From positions 1,449,472 to 1,513,471 of the forward strand of contig CBDAUI010000002.1 in NCBI GenBank assembly GCA_965200205.1: a stretch of 64,000 bases of DNA, given 5' to 3'. Positions 30,101-37,173 of the stretch are shown one piece after another (the stretch's first letter is position 1; the number at the start of each line of letters is the position of its first letter). The notes beneath the pieces are model-generated. The model was not told the DNA's origin. It did no database searches and was given only the letters and a program-made list of their open reading frames with translations. Both the position numbers and the translations under genes were made by a program. The stretch comes from Candidatus Poribacteria bacterium. Its GTDB lineage: Bacteria; Poribacteria; WGA-4E; WGA-3G.

Positions 30101-31493
30101 CAGCGAATGGCCCACGGAGTGGCCTTACGCGATTGTTCTCCCGAAAGGGATGGCAGAATTGCTGAAGATTACCGAAAGCGATATGGGTAAAGCGACTGTT
30201 TCTGTTTACGGTGCAGATTTCACCGTCGTCGGCGTGCTCGGTATCGGGTTCAAAGACCTCACCGATAATGACGGCGAAGAACTCACGCCGGTCGATTATC
30301 AGTTGATGCAACAGCAGCGGAGTCGGGGTGCTACTGGCGATGAGACGCTGGAAGGCGAATTGCAGAAATACCTACACCTCACACCAGACAGCATAGCCAT
30401 CCTGCCTTATGAGGTAGTTATGAACCAAGGTGGCACACTCCGAAGTGTCGCCGTTAACATGGAACCGGGAGAAGACGATCCGAAGATGCTCGGTGCTATC
30501 GATAAGTTGGATCTCATCATGGCACCCCTCATGAACCGTATCGCACTCGATTTCTTCGTCGGACGTGATAAAGACACATACCTGTATAGCAGTATCGGGA
30601 TGACGAGTTTCAGCGGGATGGGGAACCTGTTTGTCCCAATTTTGATTGCCGCACTTATTGTCCTTAATACAATGCTCGGCGCAGTCTATGAGCGTGTCCG
30701 AGAAATTAGCATTTACAGTTCAGTCGGTCTTGCACCGGTACATATCGCGTTCCTATTCCTTGCTGAGGCATGCGTATATGCTATCGTCGGTGCTGTCTTG
30801 GGATACCTCATGGGACAGGCAATAGCAACAACGCTTGTCCACTTCGGTTGGCTCGCAGGGTTGACACTCAACTATTCATCGATGTCAACTGTCGTGGCGA
30901 CAATCATCGTCATGATCGTCGTGCTTCTGAGTACGCTTTATCCTGCAATCAAAGCCTCAAGAATGGCTGTCCCAGATATTGAGCGTAAATGGAAGCTCCC
31001 GGAACCGGAAGGCGACGTTTGGCATTTCAACCTGCCTTTCACAGTCCTTGAGGAAGAGGCACTCGGCTTGAACGTCTTTATGCGTGACTATTTTGAAGCG
31101 CACGCGGACGAATCCGCAAGCGATTTCTATACCGATCAGGTCGCCTTCAGCGAAGCAGCGGAAGATTCCTATCAGATCGGTATGATGGTATGGTTGGCAC
31201 CTTATGATTTAGGCGTGAGTCAGTCGATCCAGTTCGTTACATCGCCGGTCGGAGGCGAGGAGGAGGACCTCTACAAAATCACATTGGATGTCAATCGTGA
31301 AAGCGGTGAGATCGCTTCTTGGAAACGTGTGAACCGACGGTTCCTGAACCTCCTACGGAAACAGTTGCTCATCTGGCGTACGTTCAGCGTTGATGTTCGG
31401 GCGGAGTTCCATGAACGCGGTCGGACAGAAAGCACGGAAGCGTCGGAAGCAGAGACAGCACAGATGGATCCAGCATTGACACCGGCGGATTGA
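24168..31493 (+). CDS. giant (2441 aa) exported multidomain protein fused to a MacB/FtsX-type ABC permease. N-terminal signal peptide precedes Ca-binding-like DxDxDG repeats, a degenerate M28-peptidase-like domain and a ~1000-aa coiled coil. A TM bundle then leads into the MacB-like periplasmic domain and FtsX permease helices.
   Basis: signal peptide VLTFLVSALLFTGLSNTVHA; GIDNDEDGTIDE/GIDNDADGWTDE/GIDNNNDGQVDE repeats; M28-like PGADPTCGIATLMELARLF and FVAVDGHFQGLAGMRAF; long heptad-rich region; SLGISNMRKRKGRTILTCCTLVILTFTV (MacB TM1) and C-terminal FtsX-like helices. Confidence 0.8.
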   Translation: MRMRSRCEYRSQCFVSVISVLTFLVSALLFTGLSNTVHAQTVSSTGMKTAAIQIRDDLSIGNIRKDIARLSSLESRVTGYPQAASGSKYIFDRFVEIGLQNVESREFPVTVPIDHGNSVVEVLSPDASVLHTFELTPLWPNLVRTSLLADAIKHTVLAGESLEDIAHSFQVDEAAILADERNQFLATPVVEGSTVYIPTGGLSGPLLYGDDAELADFNDTNIGGFWYELQDGDTLTTLARRYRITEASITDDILNEHLQKASDGIDNDEDGTIDEYGEIPLLSEIRGWATDGIDNDADGWTDEVPGDDTDGIDNNNDGQVDETGEFIAASESNVFIPKGAIVLLDFNSSTRYINAAMLGGTAVIFIQPETTIRGEAENKFGTVPANIPRFWISKTDADVLTALLEEQHSQGNQVNVRVRGKMTWERRVGQNIRGFLEGGDPTLSDELVVITAYYDAMSVVPAMAPGADPTCGIATLMELARLFSQPQYRPGYSVLFVAVDGHFQGLAGMRAFMEGIGQDIVGADTDSPGTPTMHGLRRGLSTDIIEFEELGRRLLLSIDRSVLVDLPSNFFHGIHQVKADIESLGITLDGLAETRAEIDHLTNQQRDFSERQKKQADRNRKREKQGFTGEEKSLLLANLARSKKEALQTTHFLRDVVGRLAEVRTVALNTSRTAQTELIETIALPTARLDVWAVNKIIRAVEAGEVDEYAKHPNDAYLLPEQQGSDWYIPVPEDLPEELAPDIETLNRVLADWEMSDKRKFALMWTPEKVLDRHLDLHSLNKAKKARSVLNAAPDTQENAVEKEKQLLEKVLSQISDSQPIEDEIKASIRKLKETALWKGADDGKLLYGGEYLSKAGVERLNTIDTQLRQRFAESDDTVDTGVLVADLLKDKQGIFEIALRNARLERTRIQNLLATSQTLGREYLAEEQLILEHYLSEGEVEQALDLRSRVAAYINEKELLATVKKRAETDLVALDNLLKRLPTLNTDVDEETKNLLRDNMLTLRNARFRNIQSRIEKMLRIDTDEYNRKLGQIEAAIALQDLFNRYYTSLFISVDLSSQSDQFGVFNKGWFYDQEPEFVLRREFASIGNKLATYAQDADFGVRIRKLWQWTDDQIRQAVMARQWTVANGISDKAALEGKTLETLLSSHFGKLTGLSGVSRLMKMQFEQWRNQGEPSEDMLKDMDYIRKEVERFIRNDVRTAKKNRKNSIRTREQLDAMLRLRHEDPDTFTDDEIEDIKTLISIAGLGGQSNFVNAISASGGKTWKTYIPGKIAFDSEVATLVGKTGIAFATIEDARVLTDTPLDTIDRVDLREGGNLHQQAQTLASILIQALRDEEMPTAARVGNFYCNLFGDVVEFDARESALPNKPVPYPILTLRRKHKTMMGVRGDLFVMGDNKGNFEVPGLAMEGRATRRLGGAQEVEAYILDKDSGDIVYAPDLGNYGAKLLPNKVPINTRRRGCRVVTFPCVSTTIYDLVDQRYLRTLRELEIYDALTDSAPEKFGMSKPWQQEGVSAAEPIALVYSEPNTRIKIGMAYGQIGKRLLLIKATKSGMKNPTLYTGEGFVVRENGRIRMTPYVVVRDMWWLDENRSRLYKRFGISSDRLDQLHQYASEYLARAETALLQNDYQQALKLARAAWGYESRAYPDVKQTGNDVVNGVMFYLALLMPFAYFMERLVFGFPNIHKQIIGSFGIFLLVFFFLSQVHPAFQITTTPIIILIAFVVLALTVIVISIIIRKFEEQLEKIRQEGNKVYKADVGRLSASSAAFSLGISNMRKRKGRTILTCCTLVILTFTVISFTSVRTFMHPNRTSLPQVTPRYTGLLIRDQYWRPLEEPVLTSVRNDMQKTQITVPDLERLLERKNEILIKDGQQPINISEAITDLEQEGFIQQVDEESIVTVRNRIAPRAWYQSSGTGDQSFVQLTRTPNEIDTSPPTHQLTGEALTFAANMLVGMGESEPDVTGIDRYLQYGKWFDRADASEWPTEWPYAIVLPKGMAELLKITESDMGKATVSVYGADFTVVGVLGIGFKDLTDNDGEELTPVDYQLMQQQRSRGATGDETLEGELQKYLHLTPDSIAILPYEVVMNQGGTLRSVAVNMEPGEDDPKMLGAIDKLDLIMAPLMNRIALDFFVGRDKDTYLYSSIGMTSFSGMGNLFVPILIAALIVLNTMLGAVYERVREISIYSSVGLAPVHIAFLFLAEACVYAIVGAVLGYLMGQAIATTLVHFGWLAGLTLNYSSMSTVVATIIVMIVVLLSTLYPAIKASRMAVPDIERKWKLPEPEGDVWHFNLPFTVLEEEALGLNVFMRDYFEAHADESASDFYTDQVAFSEAAEDSYQIGMMVWLAPYDLGVSQSIQFVTSPVGGEEEDLYKITLDVNRESGEIASWKRVNRRFLNLLRKQLLIWRTFSVDVRAEFHERGRTESTEASEAETAQMDPALTPAD

Positions 31494-31582
31494 AGCATAG
31501 CAATCAGCAGTCAGCAATCAGCAGTCTGTGCGTGTTCTAAAGTCTCTTGTAGCTGACTGCAAATTAAAAAAGGACAGAAATC

Positions 31583-31777
31583 GTGGAAAGAGTAGCAGGT
31601 TTTATTATCATCCTTGGCACCTTGTTATGGCTATTTAGTGTTATCGTCTTTGAGGGACGTTGGCAATGGCAAATGTTCTCGGCTCTTGTGCTGACAATTG
31701 GCATCTTCTGTGCGCATTTCTGGGAAGAGTTACGAAACACTGACAGCAGCGAAGAGTCAAGCGACGGACAAGAGTGA
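31583..31777 (+). CDS. possible small 2-TM membrane protein
   Basis: 64-aa ORF with two hydrophobic segments and acidic tail; GGA-rich RBS weak. Confidence 0.3.
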   Translation: MERVAGFIIILGTLLWLFSVIVFEGRWQWQMFSALVLTIGIFCAHFWEELRNTDSSEESSDGQE

Positions 31778-31860
31778 GTTGCCAGAGGCATCAGTTATTA
31801 GGCGGAAGAAAAATAACCTCTTACTGATAACTGATAACTAAGAAAAGGAGAACATTCAAC

Positions 31861-33849
31861 TTGGCGAGAGAAAGAGTATCACAAGCAGATGAATGGCAAG
31901 CTTGGGCGCAGCGATACGACATTGAAGGCGGTATCCGTACCTTTGAGTCGGGGTTGACGGTTAAAGTGTTCGTCGGAGCACTCTTCGTCGGCTTGTTGAT
32001 GATGCCAGGCTCCATCTATCTCGGTTATGTATCCGGCGAATCCGGTGCGGGCGCAGCACCCTGGGTTGCGGTTATTCTATTCACCGAACTCGCGCGGCGC
32101 TCCTTTACAACCGCCCGGCGGCAAGAACTCTATATGCTCCTCGGTTTAACCGGGGCAGCTGTCGGGAGCGGGATGCAGTACCGGAGTTTTATCTGGTACG
32201 CCTACTTTATCAATACCCCGCAGGCGGCTTCTTACGAAATCGCAGATAAAATACCGGCGTGGGTTGTACCCGCAGGTGATTCTGTCGGTGTGCTAACCCG
32301 GAGCCTGTTACACCCCGATTGGATGCTGCCTATCGGTATCTACCTCGCGGGAAAACTCCTCGGCACTTTGCGATCTGTTAGTGCACAGTATATCCTGTTC
32401 CGACTTACAGCAGACCTCGAACGGCTGCCGTATCCGATGGCACCTATTACCGCACAGGGCGCAACCGCACTCGCAGAAACAACAGGTAAAGAAGAGACTT
32501 GGCGATGGCGGGTCTTCTCTATCGGTTCTATGGCAGGACTCATCTGGGGGTTCCTCTATATCGGTGTTCCATCGCTTACCGGGGTCATGATGAGCACCCC
32601 AATTCAGATCCTGAAAATCCCGTGGATAGATTTTACGCAGAGCATTGAAGGCTTCGCACCGACAGGTGTTTTCGCACTCCGAACCGATTTCGGACAAATG
32701 CTCTTCGGGTTCGTGCTGCCGTTCCCGATCGTAATGACAGAGTTCATCGCCGCAATGGCGACGCAATTCGTCTTGAACCCACAAATCCTCTACCGATTTG
32801 AAATACTCCACCAGTGGAAACCTGGATTGGACGTTCGCGCCGTCGGTCTGTACAACGGACTCGACTTCTGGATGTCCGCTGGCATGGGGAAATCTTTCAG
32901 TTTCGCAATCGTCGGGATGGCGGCTTCGATTCCGATGCTCTTTAAAATGCGGAGATCCAAGAAAACCGCAGGCGAACGCGGCTCCTTCGCACCACCACCA
33001 AATCGAGGCGATTTCCCGATATGGTTGATGGGATTGTTGTGGCTCGTCGGTATGGGTGGGTTCGTCTGGCTTATCCATTGGATGGTGCCTAATTTCCCAT
33101 TGAGTTTCTTGTTAGGCTTCGCGTTCCTATACACACCGCTCAACTCGTATATCACCGCACGGACTTTCGGAGTCTTAGGGCGAGACCTATTTGATATACC
33201 GTACCTCCACGAAATTACCTTTATCCTGAGTCGATACGAGGAGGTAGACATCTGGTTCGCACCGCTGCCTGACGAAGATTACGGACGCGGCACACAGAGC
33301 TGGCGAGTACTTGAATTGACAGGTACAACTTTCACCTCAAATCTTGCTGGCACACTACTGATTATGCCGATTCTAATTGTCAGTGGTATTGTGGTGATGC
33401 ACTTTATCTGGAAAATCGCACCGATCCCGAGTGCACAGTATCCTTATGCACAGATGATGTGGCCCATCAACGCTACAAACGAGTGTCTCTGGAAAACGTC
33501 ACTGCGAGATGGAAATAGCCAGATGCTGCAAGCGATTCGCGGCGATTATGTCGCCGCCGGGTTTACTGGAAGTCTCGCCATCTACGGGATGTTGTGGTAC
33601 TTCAAACTCCCCTCAATGTGGTTCTACGGCATTGTCGGTGGTATCGGAGCTGATCCCGGTAGTATGGTTGCCCGACTACTCGGGGCAATCATCGGGCGCT
33701 TCTATATGATTAAGCGGTTCGGTATGAAACGCTGGTATATGTTCAACCCGGTACTCGCAGCAGGATTCGCTTGTGGCGTGGGTCTCATCGGTATGGGAAC
33801 CGTCGCAATCGCGCTCGTCTCGAAAGCTGTCATTGTTAAACCGTTTTGA
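31861..33849 (+). CDS. large polytopic integral membrane protein (>=12 predicted TM helices), family unknown (possibly oligopeptide-transporter-like)
   Basis: 662 aa, many hydrophobic helices, AAGGAG RBS; in operon downstream of giant permease fusion. Confidence 0.55.
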   Translation: MARERVSQADEWQAWAQRYDIEGGIRTFESGLTVKVFVGALFVGLLMMPGSIYLGYVSGESGAGAAPWVAVILFTELARRSFTTARRQELYMLLGLTGAAVGSGMQYRSFIWYAYFINTPQAASYEIADKIPAWVVPAGDSVGVLTRSLLHPDWMLPIGIYLAGKLLGTLRSVSAQYILFRLTADLERLPYPMAPITAQGATALAETTGKEETWRWRVFSIGSMAGLIWGFLYIGVPSLTGVMMSTPIQILKIPWIDFTQSIEGFAPTGVFALRTDFGQMLFGFVLPFPIVMTEFIAAMATQFVLNPQILYRFEILHQWKPGLDVRAVGLYNGLDFWMSAGMGKSFSFAIVGMAASIPMLFKMRRSKKTAGERGSFAPPPNRGDFPIWLMGLLWLVGMGGFVWLIHWMVPNFPLSFLLGFAFLYTPLNSYITARTFGVLGRDLFDIPYLHEITFILSRYEEVDIWFAPLPDEDYGRGTQSWRVLELTGTTFTSNLAGTLLIMPILIVSGIVVMHFIWKIAPIPSAQYPYAQMMWPINATNECLWKTSLRDGNSQMLQAIRGDYVAAGFTGSLAIYGMLWYFKLPSMWFYGIVGGIGADPGSMVARLLGAIIGRFYMIKRFGMKRWYMFNPVLAAGFACGVGLIGMGTVAIALVSKAVIVKPF

Positions 33850-33853
33850 TATT

Positions 33854-33892
33854 AGTTATAAGTTGTTGGTTATAAGTTGTTGGTTTAAGAGG
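33854..33892. repeat. TTATAAGTTGTTGG-type repeat element (left inverted repeat)
   Basis: agttataagttgttggttataagttgttggtttaagagg; reverse-complement partner at 34397..34428. Confidence 0.6.
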
Positions 33893-33971
33893 TTTTTTGT
33901 GACAGGCTCGTTTAATGTAGCTGCCACAAAAACCCTCTTAACTAACATCTCTCCATTTGGTAGTTAAGAGG

Positions 33972-34358
33972 TATGCAAGATTTCAAGAAGTTGACGGTTT
34001 GGAAAAAATCTCATGATTTAACTATGAGAGTATATAATCTCATGATTTAACTATGAGAGTATATAATTTAACATCCCAATTCCCTCGTGAAGAGATATAT
34101 GGGCTTACAAGCCAAATCCGGCGCGCGTCTACTTCAATTCCAACGAACATTGCCGAGGGATGTGGAAGAAAGAGTTCTGCTGAATTCGCGCGTTTTCTTC
34201 AGATCGCAATAGGTTCAACGAGTGAAACAGAGTAGCTCCTTTTTCTTGCGCATGATCTTAAATATCTCGATTCTGATCAATATGATCAGTTACAGGATAT
34301 GATTATCAGCGTGAAGAAGATGCTAATTACCTTATTAAAAAGACTCGAAACCTAGAAT
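33972..34358 (+). pseudogene. four-helix-bundle protein (23S rRNA intervening-sequence protein family, TIGR02436-like) pseudogene disrupted by a 29-bp tandem duplication and a second frameshift
   Basis: MQDFKKLTVWKKSHDLTMRVYNL..., EIYGLTSQIRRASTSIPTNIAEG, and C-terminal ...IISVKKMLITLLKRLET in three different frames; duplicated ctcatgatttaactatgagagtatataat creates in-frame TAA. Confidence 0.6.
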
Positions 34359-34396
34359 CCGGTTATACTACAAGAGGCATCCTTCTAATCAGAAAC

Positions 34397-34428
34397 CTCT
34401 TTAACTTATAACTTATAACTTATAACTA
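34397..34428. repeat. TTATAAG-type repeat element (right inverted repeat, reverse orientation)
   Basis: cctctttaacttataacttataacttataact is approximate reverse complement of 33854..33892. Confidence 0.6.
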
Positions 34429-34435
34429 TTAAAAA

Positions 34436-35473
34436 ATGGATTGGACTGTTTTTGGCTGGGCGGGAATACAACTTGAAATCCCTACGACATGGGAACTGAG
34501 TGGTCTCAGTGGTGATCAGAAGACGGGGTATCTCCGGCTTGATGACGGTGAGATGCCGCGCCTCGAACTCAAATGGGCACCTACCCGAAAGAAAAAACCG
34601 GATCTCCACTCAACGCTTGACGAATACTTCAAGTTGATTCGCAAAACCTATAAAAGAGGCACCGACCTCTCCTTCCGCCGGAATGTTGACCTGATCAAAG
34701 ACGCTGCGTTTTTTGAGGGACGCACCGTGCTCGGTTTTAGCTGGAAGGGGAGTATCCGTGCCAACGGGTTGATCTTCCACGCAGGAAAACGGATTACAAT
34801 CGTACAGGTGATGGGACGCCTTAAAGAGAACTGGAGACCGACAGTACTACGGGTCTTTCAATCTATTATAGACCGCAGTGATGACCCGCTGACATTGTGG
34901 AGTGCCTACGGTCTGAAGTTGGGCGTACCAAAAGAATATAAATTGGAACGTCAGAAACTTCTCAGCGGCTACCTGCTGTTCGCGTTCGGCGCGAAACCGT
35001 CACGCTTTCAGATACCGATAAAAATAGCGAAATTGGCAGCGCACCGTCTACGAAAAACTGACGGTCCTCTGGGAAAAATAGACTTCTCACCACCCGACAG
35101 AGGACGCCTGAGCGTCGAGCGATACGGTCCAGCTGAAGTCATGCTCGGTGACTATAAAGACACACAGAATCCACTGGAGGCATGGTTTCGCGTCAAATAC
35201 GCAAAAGCGATTCGCGGATACGGGTTTGAGGTGTCAACTGACACAGAGACAGAAGATGAACGCCTGACACTTATCGGAGAACAGACACGCCTCTATGACA
35301 GTGTTCCCTTCAGCCCAGTGCTGATGTTCGATAAACTATCCAAGCGGACGGCACTTGTGTTCCATCTCTGGCATTGTCATCATTCCAATCGTATCTATGT
35401 CATCCAGTCTATCGGTAGTAACAACGCGCACCCGACAGTCGAAAAAGTCGCTAACAGTATTGAATGCCATTAA
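34436..35473 (+). CDS. hypothetical soluble protein (345 aa)
   Basis: continuous ORF in the operon; no recognisable motifs. Confidence 0.5.
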   Translation: MDWTVFGWAGIQLEIPTTWELSGLSGDQKTGYLRLDDGEMPRLELKWAPTRKKKPDLHSTLDEYFKLIRKTYKRGTDLSFRRNVDLIKDAAFFEGRTVLGFSWKGSIRANGLIFHAGKRITIVQVMGRLKENWRPTVLRVFQSIIDRSDDPLTLWSAYGLKLGVPKEYKLERQKLLSGYLLFAFGAKPSRFQIPIKIAKLAAHRLRKTDGPLGKIDFSPPDRGRLSVERYGPAEVMLGDYKDTQNPLEAWFRVKYAKAIRGYGFEVSTDTETEDERLTLIGEQTRLYDSVPFSPVLMFDKLSKRTALVFHLWHCHHSNRIYVIQSIGSNNAHPTVEKVANSIECH

Positions 35474-35525
35474 TAGTTGTCAGTTATAATAGAGTTTGAA
35501 AATATATTTACACTTTGACAGACAG

Positions 35526-35560
35526 TATCCCCCAATGCAGGCGGAGTTTGTAACCCCGCT
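35526..35560. repeat. REP-like intergenic hairpin element (TGCAGGCGGAGTTTGTAACCCCGC)
   Basis: same motif family as 11536, 21121, 36151. Confidence 0.5.
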
Positions 35561-35671
35561 ACTGTAAAATTAATTACGGGCTTTACTATAAAGAAAACTG
35601 ATTGCATCAGATTTCTGTTTAACCTAAGACTGATAACTAAAGATCAATAACCTTTTCCTGATTGGTAAAAA

Positions 35672-36133
35672 ATGATCAATAGACTCTTATATACTCTCAG
35701 ACTTAAGAAACGTCCTGATGTGGATCGCACGCAGGTTATGAAGTCTTTTCCGGTTCGGAATCAGGTCATAAATTGGGAAATAGACGACAAAGGCGAAGCC
35801 TCACTGGTCATTCCGCAGAAGGATAAACTCTGGATACGGCTCGCCGGTAGGTTTTTTATGCTGCCTGATAAAAGGGTGATTGTCTTAGATTCCATCGGAA
35901 CTTATGTGTGGAAGATGTGTGACGGCAAACATACGATCTCGCAAATTGTCAAAGGTGTACAAAACCAGTACCAGTTGACGCGCAAAGAGGCGGAAACATC
36001 GCTTTTTACGTTTATGCAGCAACTCGGAAAAAGGAACTTCATCCAGTTCGCTATCCCAGAACAGAACGCACACGCGACACCGGAATCCGAACCTCAAAAA
36101 CCGGGAATCTTTGGCTTCCTACAGCGGCGATAG
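35672..36133 (+). CDS. PqqD-like protein (RiPP recognition element fold)
   Basis: VIVLDSIGTYVWKMCDGKHTISQIVKGVQNQYQLTRKEAETSLFTFMQQLGKRNFIQF matches the PqqD winged-helix pattern. Confidence 0.55.
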   Translation: MINRLLYTLRLKKRPDVDRTQVMKSFPVRNQVINWEIDDKGEASLVIPQKDKLWIRLAGRFFMLPDKRVIVLDSIGTYVWKMCDGKHTISQIVKGVQNQYQLTRKEAETSLFTFMQQLGKRNFIQFAIPEQNAHATPESEPQKPGIFGFLQRR

Positions 36134-36150
36134 TATAGCATTTACGCAAC

Positions 36151-36176
36151 CCCCCTGCAGGCGGGGTTTATTGACG
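36151..36176. repeat. REP-like element, partial (CCCCCCTGCAGGCGGGGTTTATT)
   Basis: shares CTGCAGGCGGGGTTT core with other copies. Confidence 0.4.
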
Positions 36177-36194
36177 ATCAGCAAGGAGAAAAAA

Positions 36195-37007
36195 ATGAAC
36201 GAACAAACAGAAATGGGGAATATTGAAGCAGCTTTCGCCGAAACACCGGAACGTTTCGAGCGTCTACTTCCCAAAGAGAACACAGTCCGTGTCCGAAACC
36301 TCATCAAACGCTACGAGATGGGGACACAGACCGTCGATGCCCTCCGCGGTGTCAATTTCCAAATCCAGCGCGGTGAATACATCTCTATCATGGGTCCCTC
36401 CGGTTCAGGAAAATCGACGCTCTTCAATATGATTGGCGGCCTCGACAAACCGACTGAAGGCAGAGTCTACATCGACGAGGTAGACATCGCACAACTCGAT
36501 GCTTACGAACTCGCATGGCTCCGCTGCCGAAAAATCGGCTACATTTTTCAGTCGTTCAACCTCATCCCAGTTATGACGGCACTCGAAAACGTCTCACTCC
36601 CGATGATTTTCGCCGGTATGAGTGCCGACGACAGCAGAGAAAAAGGTGTTGATCTCCTGACGCTCGTTGGACTCGGAGACCGTGTACAGCATAAACCGTT
36701 GGAACTCTCCGGTGGACAGCAGCAGCGCGTCGCAATCGCACGCTCCCTCGCAAACGACCCCGCGATTGTCCTCGCCGATGAACCCACCGGAAACCTTGAC
36801 ACCAAAACAGGTTTAGAAATTATTGATCTACTCCGTCGTCTCAACGCTGAAAATGGTGTGACAATTATCACGGCGACACACGACCACAAGATGTTAGATG
36901 TTTCCGACCGTATCTTCCACATGGAGGACGGTAAAGTCGATAAAATCGAATCGCGCGATGAAATTGATCTACAAGTCGGTAAATTAGACGGCGAAGAGGT
37001 AGGATAA
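36195..37007 (+). CDS. ABC transporter ATP-binding protein, MacB/LolD/FtsE-like
   Basis: Walker A GPSGSGKST, signature LSGGQQQRVAIARSL, Walker B ILADEPTGNLD; AAGGAG RBS before MNEQ. Confidence 0.85.
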   Translation: MNEQTEMGNIEAAFAETPERFERLLPKENTVRVRNLIKRYEMGTQTVDALRGVNFQIQRGEYISIMGPSGSGKSTLFNMIGGLDKPTEGRVYIDEVDIAQLDAYELAWLRCRKIGYIFQSFNLIPVMTALENVSLPMIFAGMSADDSREKGVDLLTLVGLGDRVQHKPLELSGGQQQRVAIARSLANDPAIVLADEPTGNLDTKTGLEIIDLLRRLNAENGVTIITATHDHKMLDVSDRIFHMEDGKVDKIESRDEIDLQVGKLDGEEVG

Positions 37008-37011
37008 ATAG

Positions 37012-37040
37012 TTTTTAGTTTTAGTTATAAGTTTTTAGTT
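37012..37040. repeat. TTATAAG-type repeat element (third copy, forward orientation)
   Basis: agttataagtttttagttaagagg. Confidence 0.5.
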
Positions 37041-37130
37041 AAGAGGCTGCCGAGGGTTTACGATTTCTTTCTAACCGTTGTGAGCCACTTGCGTATGGAG
37101 GATTACCAAAAAGTGTTCAGCAATCCCAGC

Positions 37131-37162
37131 CCAGACTTATAACTTATAACCAACAACTTATA
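37131..37162. repeat. TTATAAG-type repeat element (fourth copy, reverse orientation)
   Basis: cttataacttataaccaacaacttataacc = reverse complement of ggttataagttgttggttataagttataag. Confidence 0.6.
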
Positions 37163-37173
37163 ACCATTAAAAG

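Noticed and set aside
32308-33078. 256-aa Cys/His-rich ORF on minus strand
   Set aside because: Entirely antisense to the well-supported 662-aa membrane protein gene; composition typical of antisense of hydrophobic coding sequence.
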